This document shows, piece after piece, positions 1 to 8,113 of a DNA stretch of 62,025 nt (its first letter is position 1; each line of letters begins with the position of its first letter). The translations under genes were made by a program, and so were the position numbers. The notes under the pieces were generated by a model. That model saw nothing but the letters and a program-made list of their open reading frames with translations. It was not told where the DNA came from and did not search any database. The DNA is from a virus (lineage: Duplodnaviria > Caudoviricetes), in the IMG/VR virus record IMGVR_UViG_3300009181_000080, positions 1 to 62,025 of that record; one strand, given 5' to 3'.

Positions 1-26
1 AATCTAATATAAGAGGGATATGCCAT

Positions 27-550
27 TCACTAGTATATCTGTGAGTGTTATATTCTTCTTTCCATTTCAAGACTTACTGCGTAAGTCTATTGATATCGCT
101 ATCGCTCATCAATGTATTGTTTTTTTTAATTGTTTTTGTTTTTAGATAGTATCATCCAGATTAATTGGTCACACTTTGCCCGCACTGGGCAAAGATAAGA
201 TCTGTAGCATCATCCGAGTAGCACAGTCACTTAGCGTTACAACATTACAGAGGCGGTTGTCCGGTACCTCGAGTTGTGTCTTTATACAACGGCGGTCCAC
301 AATATATACGCTAACATACTTGTGAACGTGTAGCATCACTGCTACGTCTTTTAGCCTTTAATTTTATTCAAACAATCAAACCGCGGCGATTAGCGATCTT
401 CGTCCTGTTAAGGATAGTGATTGAGTGCTCTTTACAGCAAAGAGTCTTCCGTCCCTGTGACCCGAGGTCCAGTTTTTATGGGCATCCGTGATTAGCTGAT
501 GCTAGCCTGTATACTGTATTTGTGTTACGAGCCGGACTTTGTGTCGGAAG
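27..550 (-). ncRNA. Candidate large structured non-coding RNA (alternatively an origin-like element) downstream of the GIY-YIG gene
   Basis: No ORF in the track and about 10 inverted repeats, e.g. 71-87 GACTTAC/GTAAGTC, 174-194 CTTTGCCC/GGGCAAAG, 330-345 GTAGCA/TGCTAC (GUGA GNRA loop on minus), 403-414 TCCT/AGGA (UAAC loop on minus), 428-444 CTCTTT/AAAGAG, 459-469 and 482-502. G-U pairs work in the minus sense. Boundaries are approximate. Confidence 0.6.
147..230 (-). repeat. Twin direct repeat GTGAC-N10-GGATGATRCTA (205-230 and 147-172) flanking a strong hairpin
   Basis: Minus strand reads gtgac-tgtgctactc-ggatgatgcta and gtgac-caattaatct-ggatgatacta. Period is 58 nt; the hairpin at 174-194 lies between the copies. 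Confidence 0.85.
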
Positions 551-556
551 TGATTG

Positions 557-985
557 TTAAAACTTATTTATAATGTGGGAGCCATGGACACGGACAGAGA
601 TCTGACCGTTATAATAATCTGTAGTTTCCAATACCTTACGGTTAAATTGTTCTCTTGCTTCTACATAACTGCATTCTGCTTTGCTTTTGCAGTAGTATAG
701 TATTTCTCTTGTAAACTTGTCAACACCCAATGTTTCCACGTCTTTGTTTAATTCTACGTTAGATCCATAATATGTTTGCCAATCCGAATCTACTTTGCTT
801 TTAATTCTCTTGCGTTTTTTCTTACCGTTTTTTAACTTTACTACCTTATACGACGTTTTACTAAATTTCGATAATTTTTTTCCAACATATTTCCTACCAG
901 ATATTGTATTTGTGATCAAATATACAAAACCAATACAGTTTTCGGGCAGAGATTCTACTGGGATATTTTCGTGTAGCCATGTCAT
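557..985 (-). CDS. Small GIY-YIG family nuclease (Seg-like catalytic domain only)
   Basis: GFVYLITN...KYVGKK, basic insertion, YYGS, REIL, conserved Glu (VEAREQ) and YYN. No C-terminal DNA-binding domain. Confidence 0.85.
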   Translation of the reverse strand: MTWLHENIPVESLPENCIGFVYLITNTISGRKYVGKKLSKFSKTSYKVVKLKNGKKKRKRIKSKVDSDWQTYYGSNVELNKDVETLGVDKFTREILYYCKSKAECSYVEAREQFNRKVLETTDYYNGQISVRVHGSHIINKF

Positions 986-991
986 CCATAG

Positions 992-998
992 TAGTTAT
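992..998 (-). promoter_or_regulatory. Putative late promoter variant (ATAACTA) for the GIY-YIG gene
   Basis: Minus-strand gcATAACTActatggATG; one mismatch to the ATAAATA motif seen before structural genes. Confidence 0.4.
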
Positions 999-1016
999 GC
1001 CTATTTACCACGGCGC

Positions 1017-1871
1017 CTAACATAATTGCACCTCACGTTGCCATTGGTTTGTAAAACTATTATTGCGTCCAGAACATGTTGCACGACACACAGGATGCGG
1101 ATCAGTGTTCCATGTCGCGGATACTTGTTCTAAAGTGACAAAGTTTGTTTGTGTACTGCCCAACCAACAGCATGGGCTAACACGGCCCTGTGCATCTATA
1201 TAGGTACTTTGTTCTTGTACTGCAATACATTGTATCGGACCCGTTTCCTGCCTGGGATCTTGCCACCCAACGGGAAACTCTAGTCCGTTAATATATGGGC
1301 GTTTACTAACTTTGGCACGGAACCAGGTAAATCCCAAGGAATGTGCAAATTCTGCACATTGGTCAACTTGATGTTGATTGTGTGCATACACTAGCATATC
1401 CCAGTGAGCATGGCCACCTGCATCAATAAATGCTGTTGCATTTTCAATTAATTTACCCCAATTACTGTTTTTACGGTATATGTGATTTGTGTCTTCTAGC
1501 CCATCTATACTGAACACAACATAGTCTCTAGGTTGATCGAGTAGTTTGCCAAGATGGGTCCACCATTTTTTTGTTTGTAATCCACCATTGGTATTCATTC
1601 CCAATGTAATCGTGGGATTAACACTTCTAAAGTATTTGTATATATCCACAGTATGTGCGCCTGCCGCCGGATCGCCATAATTGCCGCACATAAACATTTT
1701 ATCCAACTGTTGGATAAATCCTATATTAAACTTATCTTTAATTTGCTCAACAGTTAAGTGATGTTTAAGTGCTTTGTTGAAAGCAGGATCTGTTTCGCGG
1801 GCACACAGCGGACATGCCAATTGGCAAACATCCGTTGGTTCTACATGCAGTACCTTAGGTGATATCAACAT
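1017..1871 (-). CDS. Radical SAM protein with C-terminal SPASM/twitch-like domain
   Basis: CQLACPLC (CxxxCxxC), GNYGDP, TNG, FSIDG; C-terminal C...IDAQGRVSPCC...CRATC. Confidence 0.9.
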   Translation of the reverse strand: MLISPKVLHVEPTDVCQLACPLCARETDPAFNKALKHHLTVEQIKDKFNIGFIQQLDKMFMCGNYGDPAAGAHTVDIYKYFRSVNPTITLGMNTNGGLQTKKWWTHLGKLLDQPRDYVVFSIDGLEDTNHIYRKNSNWGKLIENATAFIDAGGHAHWDMLVYAHNQHQVDQCAEFAHSLGFTWFRAKVSKRPYINGLEFPVGWQDPRQETGPIQCIAVQEQSTYIDAQGRVSPCCWLGSTQTNFVTLEQVSATWNTDPHPVCRATCSGRNNSFTNQWQREVQLC

Positions 1872-3624
1872 CGGTACTATACGAAGTAAATCCGTTTTCT
1901 TTTACAACGTGTAAGGTATTATTTACACGACCGATTAATTCATCCTTGTGCGACACTAGCCAAATTGATTTGTTGGACTCCCTTGACATCTTCTTGAGTA
2001 TGGCCAACGAACTTTCAACACCCGAGCTATCTAATCCCGAATCAATCAACTCGTCGATAAACAATAAGTTGATAGGTTGGTACAGACTTTCCCACACATC
2101 ACGGAAACTCCAACTTAGCGAAAGGATCAATCTGTTGCGTTCACCTCTGCTTAAATTGTCAAAGTCTAAATCTCTGCCTAGCTCAGTGATGCTAACAGTC
2201 AGGTCATTATTAAACTTAATAGTATGTGGCAAACCAATGCGGTCTAAGTATTGTCCAAGTCGTGCATTTAGATAGCTTAGGTTTTGATCGATAATACGTT
2301 TACGTATAAATGAATCTTTGTTTGTTAACAGTTTAAGCAAGAACTCTTGATGTTCTTTAACATTTGTAAGGTCGTTGATAGTGTCGTATGTGATCTCCTC
2401 GACACCTTGCTCTTGCATTTCTACAATCTGCTCGGCATACGGATCTTGCTCTGCTATCTTTAAGGTCAACTGTTCCACTAAGTTATCAACGCTTGCTTGA
2501 TGGTGAATAGCATCGGATTCTTTTGTATAAAACGTTTCGGGCTTGGCACCTAATTTACCGAGCGAAGTGGTGGCATTTATTAATTCTGCAACTAACTCCG
2601 AATGGGTGCCGGCTGCTGTCCTGGCAGTATCTAATTCTTTTTTCTTGTCATCTAATACTTGTTCATGTTTAGTATCGTGGAACGATTGTCCGCAGGTGTG
2701 ACACTGATGATTTTCTAGGGTAGTAATTTCTTTGATCAATCTAGTGATCGTTTTTTCTTCCCTTTGTAGATCTAATTTTGCTCGACTAGTGGCACTAGAA
2801 AGATCGTTTAAGTCTTTGCGTAATTGTTCCCACACAGCAAGATCTTTATGCAAGTGGATCTCCTGCACGATATCAATTTTTTGTAATTCCGCCGTGGCAT
2901 TTTCAATCTTTGTTATCTCTTCGGCATGCTTGGTAGTCCACAGTGTTTGCCTGCGTTTTAAGGCGTCAATTTGCTCTTGAATACGCACATTTGCGTCGGT
3001 AACTGCCTTGATACGGAACTCTTCTTGTGTTATAGAGTCCCGGGTTACCTTGGTCTGTTCTTTAAGTTTATCGGCTTTTTCGCTTAGTAATGTGATACCA
3101 AGCAATTGCTCAATGATAGTACGTTGATCATTTGCCCTCAATGCCAGGAATGGTTCTGTATAGGTGTTTAGTGCCACAACGTGCTTGAACATATCGTGGC
3201 TCATGCCTAACATGCGTTCTATGTCACCTTGTGTTTCCCTGCTATCGCCTTGGGCATCATCTGTGATTTCTTTTTCTTGATCACCCACCCAAAATTTCAT
3301 TATGTTAGGTTTACGTCCACGTTCAATACGATAGCTTTGTCCGTCTTTTTCAAAATCAATAGTGACCATCATACTTTTAGTATTGGTTTTATTAATTAAG
3401 TTATCTTTTTTGATGTTGGTTAACGCATTACCATATAACGCATAGCTTAATGCATTAATGATAGTAGTTTTACCTGTACCATTACGGGCACCGGAGTCGT
3501 CTCCTCCAAGGTCTAAGTTTTCACCTAGCACAAGTGTTAAGTCCTGTCGATCAAAATTGACCGCTTGGGTAGTATTACCCACACTCATAAAATTACGTAC
3601 AGTTAAGTCTTTTATTTTAAACAT
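1855..3624 (-). CDS. gp46: Recombination endonuclease ATPase subunit (T4 gp46/Rad50/SbcC-like)
   Basis: Walker A NGTGKT, coiled coil with CHTC zinc hook, LSRGE signature, LFIDE Walker B, SH switch; lies downstream of gp47. Confidence 0.95.
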   Translation of the reverse strand: MFKIKDLTVRNFMSVGNTTQAVNFDRQDLTLVLGENLDLGGDDSGARNGTGKTTIINALSYALYGNALTNIKKDNLINKTNTKSMMVTIDFEKDGQSYRIERGRKPNIMKFWVGDQEKEITDDAQGDSRETQGDIERMLGMSHDMFKHVVALNTYTEPFLALRANDQRTIIEQLLGITLLSEKADKLKEQTKVTRDSITQEEFRIKAVTDANVRIQEQIDALKRRQTLWTTKHAEEITKIENATAELQKIDIVQEIHLHKDLAVWEQLRKDLNDLSSATSRAKLDLQREEKTITRLIKEITTLENHQCHTCGQSFHDTKHEQVLDDKKKELDTARTAAGTHSELVAELINATTSLGKLGAKPETFYTKESDAIHHQASVDNLVEQLTLKIAEQDPYAEQIVEMQEQGVEEITYDTINDLTNVKEHQEFLLKLLTNKDSFIRKRIIDQNLSYLNARLGQYLDRIGLPHTIKFNNDLTVSITELGRDLDFDNLSRGERNRLILSLSWSFRDVWESLYQPINLLFIDELIDSGLDSSGVESSLAILKKMSRESNKSIWLVSHKDELIGRVNNTLHVVKENGFTSYSTDVDIT

Positions 3625-4363
3625 TTAAGTATTGTACTATTAAGTAGGTGGCAAAGTCAATGTGTGCTTGTTCATTCGGATGACCGTGTTTGCCAAACAG
3701 ATGAACATCCTTGGGTATATAATTTTTGGTAAGCGCATACGTGCCAAAACTAAAATTAAGTAAATCAAGGACATTAGGATCATTGTTAATATCTGAATAC
3801 AACGATGACAAAAACGGCGCGGTATAATCAATAAGCGGAGCTCCTGGCAGTACATCAACATTAGAAAATATTAGATATCTAATATTTCTACTTTTAAGTA
3901 ATCCGGTTAATGATATTAAGTCTGTTATTAAATTAGTTACTTCAGCTTCAGGAGAATAATGGTCAAGCCATTGTTTATAGTAGTTTTGAACAGATGAGTG
4001 TGCAAATTTATGTATATCTGGAATTATAGTATCTATTAACCCATTTGTAAAATCTAAATTAGACCAGTTAATAGCAATGGGATGAAAGTCCCCGTCAGTT
4101 TCTGTTGGTGGCAAAGAAGGTTGCCACAGCTCGGTTCTTGAAATAAAACTTAACCCTACTAGTGCTAATATATCTTCGTCAGCATGTTGATGTTGCAATG
4201 TAAGTAAGTCTCTAATAGATGATCTTATAATACGTCTATTACAACTTCCTGGAATTCCTGAATTTATTAACGTTGCATTAAAATATTCTGCAATTTTATC
4301 AGCGTAAACAGTATGTCCTTGTTTTGGTGCACCAAAACTACAAGAATTAGAATATACTATCAT
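3617..4363 (-). CDS. SGNH/GDSL-like hydrolase or acyltransferase
   Basis: N-terminal NSCSF (GDSF-like), G-S-x-N block, C-terminal GHPNEQAH; paralogous to 56620, 57514 and 59608. Confidence 0.65.
   Translation of the reverse strand: MIVYSNSCSFGAPKQGHTVYADKIAEYFNATLINSGIPGSCNRRIIRSSIRDLLTLQHQHADEDILALVGLSFISRTELWQPSLPPTETDGDFHPIAINWSNLDFTNGLIDTIIPDIHKFAHSSVQNYYKQWLDHYSPEAEVTNLITDLISLTGLLKSRNIRYLIFSNVDVLPGAPLIDYTAPFLSSLYSDINNDPNVLDLLNFSFGTYALTKNYIPKDVHLFGKHGHPNEQAHIDFATYLIVQYLNV
3631..3660 (-). promoter_or_regulatory. Sigma70-like promoter, 6 nt before the gp46 ATG (probably leaderless)
   Basis: Minus strand TTGACT-18 nt-TACAAT-acttaa-ATG, lying inside the 3' end of the SGNH-like gene. Confidence 0.55.
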
Positions 4364-4443
4364 ATATAATCTCTTTTGACTGCTTGGGTAGTATTACCCA
4401 CGCTCATAAAGTTTTTTACGGTTAACGTTTTTATTTTAAACAT
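4360..4443 (-). pseudogene. Relic duplicate of the gp46 5' end (27 aa mini-ORF)
   Basis: Translates MFKIKTLTVKNFMSVGNTTQAVKRDYI* versus gp46 MFKIKDLTVRNFMSVGNTTQAVN. Its TGA overlaps the ATG of the SGNH-like gene (ATGA). Confidence 0.9.
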
Positions 4444-4476
4444 ATCTGTCTACTATACACGATTATTTGGAAAAGA

Positions 4477-6060
4477 TTAATAGCCCATTGCCTGGGCGAC
4501 CTCTGGGTATAACTTAGCAAAACTTTCATTCCTGGCACTGTCAAGTTTTTTCATATACCTACAAAATTCAACGCCAGTTGACAGTGATGCATCGTTTAAA
4601 ATACCGATAGTGTTATCTATAAAACTTTGTAAGTGATCATTTGGCGCCTTGTATGCGATTAAACGGTGCAAAAGTAGATCTCTGGCCTCTTTGGTAACCG
4701 CGGATATGTTTAAATATTCTGGATAATATAATGTGCCACAATGCACAGATGTAAAATCTTGTGACCCAATCCAATTAAAAATCTCCGGCAAATAGTATAC
4801 GTTCTGTATATTGATAGCCAGGTGCAATGCTATTTCAACGGTACCGCCCTGCATGGCTAAGTATTTCTTAACATTTTCTTTAACCTCGGACCAATCTGCT
4901 CCCGACCGTTCATAATCAAATCTGCTATCTATGTTATCAATACTTATTGCTATTTCCATCCGTTTAAATTTAGAAAATAACTGTACATACTTCTCGGGAA
5001 ATATCGTACCATTTGTATTATAGTGTATAGAAATATCTTTTGATCGTCCCGATCTTACCAATTTGGCAATAAATTCAAAGTGCCGTTTGGACAGCATTGG
5101 CTCACCGCCCGCTAGATCAAAATATAAAATTCCAGACTCTGGATCTTCTAGTTCGTCCCATAATATAGGATTATCATTGTTTACCCATTTTCCCTGCTGG
5201 ATGGCTTTATACGCTGGGTGCGATTTTTTATCAATCATGCCTTTATTAAATCTGATTGCTTCCTCTGCGATCCGACTACTATTTCCAGAACTACAAATCC
5301 TACACTTCAGATTACATACATTGCCAAATGCCAGACTGACAAATTTTATATTTTTAAAATCTTCAATTTCCCAATCTGCATCATATGACTCTGGCATCCT
5401 GTGTTTTAATAATTGTCTTTTGCTAACAGTTTTATCTGCTTCTTCCTTCCAACAACGGGCACACCCGGGAGGTTTTTGTCCGCTTAAAAAATCTTGCCGT
5501 AACGTCCTCATGGCATTACTATAATATACTTCTTTGAGAGTATTTCTCTCAACATGAAACGGGACTCCGTCATTGGCAAATACGCCTCTATAGAAACAAC
5601 ACGGTTTAAATTCCCCCCTGGTAGTAATATCTAAGCTAATCCACGGTTGAGCACAAATAGTTTCCGGTAGATTAAGAATAGCAGAATATGTAATATCCGG
5701 ATAGGAGTTAGCATCCTCGCAATAATAAAACCCAATTGGGGGTATGTTGACCGACTTATTGACCCTCGCTTGTTCCAACATATCGGGAATACTGTAGTCT
5801 GACCCGACTACTAGAACAAAAAAGTTACCAATGTCAATAAAATCGAGACACTCTTGGAGCTTATTAAAAAAATATATTAGTTGCTGTTTATCTATATTAT
5901 TTTGACAAAAGAAAATAAATCTTTGATTATCTGCAAATGTTTCTTGTTTAAGATTGTATAACGTACGATATAACGACGACGAAGGCAGACTAAAAAAGTC
6001 CGCCACGTTGTAAATTTTATCAAATTGATATAATTTTTTTAATTCACCTTCAAAAGTCAT
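4477..6060 (-). CDS. Radical SAM protein with N-terminal twitch-like domain and an extra ~130 aa N-terminal domain
   Basis: CAQPW...KPCC...CARC precedes CNLKCRIC; AGGEP, YNTNGT, SIDN. Confidence 0.9.
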   Translation of the reverse strand: MTFEGELKKLYQFDKIYNVADFFSLPSSSLYRTLYNLKQETFADNQRFIFFCQNNIDKQQLIYFFNKLQECLDFIDIGNFFVLVVGSDYSIPDMLEQARVNKSVNIPPIGFYYCEDANSYPDITYSAILNLPETICAQPWISLDITTRGEFKPCCFYRGVFANDGVPFHVERNTLKEVYYSNAMRTLRQDFLSGQKPPGCARCWKEEADKTVSKRQLLKHRMPESYDADWEIEDFKNIKFVSLAFGNVCNLKCRICSSGNSSRIAEEAIRFNKGMIDKKSHPAYKAIQQGKWVNNDNPILWDELEDPESGILYFDLAGGEPMLSKRHFEFIAKLVRSGRSKDISIHYNTNGTIFPEKYVQLFSKFKRMEIAISIDNIDSRFDYERSGADWSEVKENVKKYLAMQGGTVEIALHLAINIQNVYYLPEIFNWIGSQDFTSVHCGTLYYPEYLNISAVTKEARDLLLHRLIAYKAPNDHLQSFIDNTIGILNDASLSTGVEFCRYMKKLDSARNESFAKLYPEVAQAMGY

Positions 6061-7073
6061 AGGTTTCTGTAAATGTCCAGTAATAAGCTCTTATTAAACT
6101 GTTCACTATCTATTGTGCTTAATTGGCTAAACACGATCTGATCTACGCTCTTAAAATCTATGTTACCTTGTATCTCATAATCAGTTAGCTCTGTCGTCTT
6201 GGCGGGGATTAGAGTTATCTCTCGGAGTTTATAAGTATCGATGAATGTTTCTTTGACAAAGGTAGCTTCTTCGTAACTGATGTCGATATCCAGATTTACC
6301 CTGACATGCATATTAGGTTTAAGCATCACTTCGGTGTGTTTCAACACATCGCTTAATTGGAATACACGATACATCGGTTGATTGGGCCACGCATGATATA
6401 CCGGATCCTTGTCCCATTCTAAAATTGTAAGTCCACGGTCATCGTCACCTGCGTCTGCATAGTTATGTGGAAAACAATTACCAATGTATGTTACATTGCG
6501 TTGTGTTTGGCGTTTATGAAAGTGTCCTGTAAACACATGCTCGAATCCCTGCATATCGTTGCCAGTGATCTCACCATGATCTGGCATAGCAACCATGGCA
6601 TTCATTAAATACCCGGGCAATTCAAAGTGCCCAAACATATACTTACCAGTTAGTTTCTTTAACTTTTTGTGGTCGTCCCCGACCAACCAAGGAGCAATAA
6701 CCACATCGCCATGAGTAGTCCAATCGTTGCAAATATGGATATTAGATAAGTGCTTGGCCCACTCCACACTTTGTACATCACGCTTGTCGCGATAATACAA
6801 ATCGTGGTTACCCGGAATGAAGTATGTTTGATCAAAGTTCTCATTGAGATGCTCCAACGCCTGTAAGCTATAATTTAATGTGACAATATTAATGGACGCA
6901 CGATTGTTGTGCCAGTCGCCAAGGAACATCGCAGTTTCGCAACCCTCTTCTCGGGCTTTGGCTGTCGCCCACTTAACGAAGCTTAAACAATCTTCGTTGT
7001 GTAAGGTACTATTTGACTTCAGACCAAAATGTATGTCTGTGAAGATTGCAGCCTTCTTAAATAGATTTGTCAT
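6057..7073 (-). CDS. gp47: Recombination endonuclease nuclease subunit (T4 gp47/Mre11/SbcD-like)
   Basis: Metallophosphoesterase motifs DIH, GDWH, GNHD, GHFE, GHFH; synteny gp55-gp47-gp46. Confidence 0.95.
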   Translation of the reverse strand: MTNLFKKAAIFTDIHFGLKSNSTLHNEDCLSFVKWATAKAREEGCETAMFLGDWHNNRASINIVTLNYSLQALEHLNENFDQTYFIPGNHDLYYRDKRDVQSVEWAKHLSNIHICNDWTTHGDVVIAPWLVGDDHKKLKKLTGKYMFGHFELPGYLMNAMVAMPDHGEITGNDMQGFEHVFTGHFHKRQTQRNVTYIGNCFPHNYADAGDDDRGLTILEWDKDPVYHAWPNQPMYRVFQLSDVLKHTEVMLKPNMHVRVNLDIDISYEEATFVKETFIDTYKLREITLIPAKTTELTDYEIQGNIDFKSVDQIVFSQLSTIDSEQFNKSLLLDIYRNL

Positions 7074-7079
7074 CTAAGC

Positions 7080-7108
7080 AGTATAAACTAAACGTGGGAG
7101 GAAATCAA
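7080..7108 (-). promoter_or_regulatory. Sigma70-like promoter, 6 nt before the gp47 ATG (probably leaderless)
   Basis: Minus strand TTGATT-17 nt-TATACT-gcttag-ATG. Confidence 0.6.
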
Positions 7109-7115
7109 ATTTTAT

Positions 7116-7994
7116 TTACTCATAGTTACCATCAGTACTACCAGATGATGTTTGTTGCCCTTGCCTTGTATAGCTCGGGGTTAAGTTATTCATTTCTAAA
7201 ATATCATCACGTAAATTCTGGTTGCGTTTTTCGATATTTAAGACACGAGTAAAACTGTTAGTGATAGCGGCGGTGTAATACGCAAACGGGTTCTGCGATT
7301 TAGATTCGTCAAACTGTAACCCAATTTGGCTTAACTGCAATAACGCTTGGCTACGCATTTCATCGTTATAAGTGTATCCACGCCAATTTGAACGAGTAGC
7401 ATATCGTTCACATAACTTAATAAACATATGGGCTAATTTATTGGTCATTTTTCCATGTTCTCTGGAAAACGCGCCGGTATCTAATCCGCCCTTCCAGTGA
7501 CTTTTGCCCACAACAATCAGTTCACCTGTAACGTTGACGCGATAATGAAAAAACGGAGGGAAATTACATTTAACATATTTGGTACTGCCGGAAATATCAA
7601 CATCTGCATCATCATCGTATTCGCTATGCGGGACACCTTCTTCCTCTAATAGCTTTACCGCGGCTTTTCGGGATTTAACATCATCAACAGGGATATGTTC
7701 CCAGGTCATGACTCTGAATACAACATCGCTGTCAGCGATGTCACGCAACTTGACTTCGAATTCATCTAGTTTACGTTTAACTCCATCGACGCTGGCTAAT
7801 TCGTGGGCTAATTTAGTTAAACGCTCTCCACGTGCTTTGCGACCAAGCATGATATTTTTTTTGTTAATTTTGCTTACATCCGGTAGTATCATATCATATT
7901 CTGAATCCACAGGATTTGGGTAACAGCAATATGTCGTTTTGCTTTTGTGAATTTCTTTTAATATGTCTTTGTTGTTTAAATAGTTATGGCGCAC
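7116..7994 (-). CDS. gp55: Late-transcription sigma factor (T4 gp55-like)
   Basis: NYLNNKDIL N-terminus and NWRGYTYNDEM...FDESKSQNPFAYYT...NSF resemble gp55; position upstream of gp47/gp46; GTG start with AAGGA RBS. Confidence 0.85.
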   Translation of the reverse strand: MRHNYLNNKDILKEIHKSKTTYCCYPNPVDSEYDMILPDVSKINKKNIMLGRKARGERLTKLAHELASVDGVKRKLDEFEVKLRDIADSDVVFRVMTWEHIPVDDVKSRKAAVKLLEEEGVPHSEYDDDADVDISGSTKYVKCNFPPFFHYRVNVTGELIVVGKSHWKGGLDTGAFSREHGKMTNKLAHMFIKLCERYATRSNWRGYTYNDEMRSQALLQLSQIGLQFDESKSQNPFAYYTAAITNSFTRVLNIEKRNQNLRDDILEMNNLTPSYTRQGQQTSSGSTDGNYE

Positions 7995-8018
7995 CTGTTA
8001 GTCCTTTAAAGTTAGCAC

Positions 8019-8048
8019 ATACTAACATATTTAATTCCGTAAGGTCAA
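8019..8048 (-). promoter_or_regulatory. Sigma70-like promoter for gp55
   Basis: Minus strand TTGACC-18 nt-TAGTAT with an extended TG. Confidence 0.55.
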
Positions 8049-8085
8049 CCTTTTTAAAAACATTATCTACGTCTATTATTCGTTC

Positions 8086-8093
8086 AATAAATA
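8086..8093 (+). promoter_or_regulatory. T4-type late promoter AATAAATA
   Basis: Resembles T4 TATAAATA; lies 20 nt upstream of the first structural gene; the same 8-mer precedes five other structural genes. Confidence 0.7.
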
Positions 8094-8113
8094 CTACATA
8101 ATAGGAAAATAAC

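Noticed and set aside
147-230. CRISPR or TIGR array
   Set aside because: Only two units, and no Cas or Nop-domain (Tas) gene in the window. Kept only as a motif finding.
27-556. Group I intron hosting the GIY-YIG ORF, or tRNA/tmRNA
   Set aside because: I could not find P7-type core motifs, interrupted exons, a cloverleaf/T-loop or a tag reading frame. A covariance search is needed to exclude these formally.
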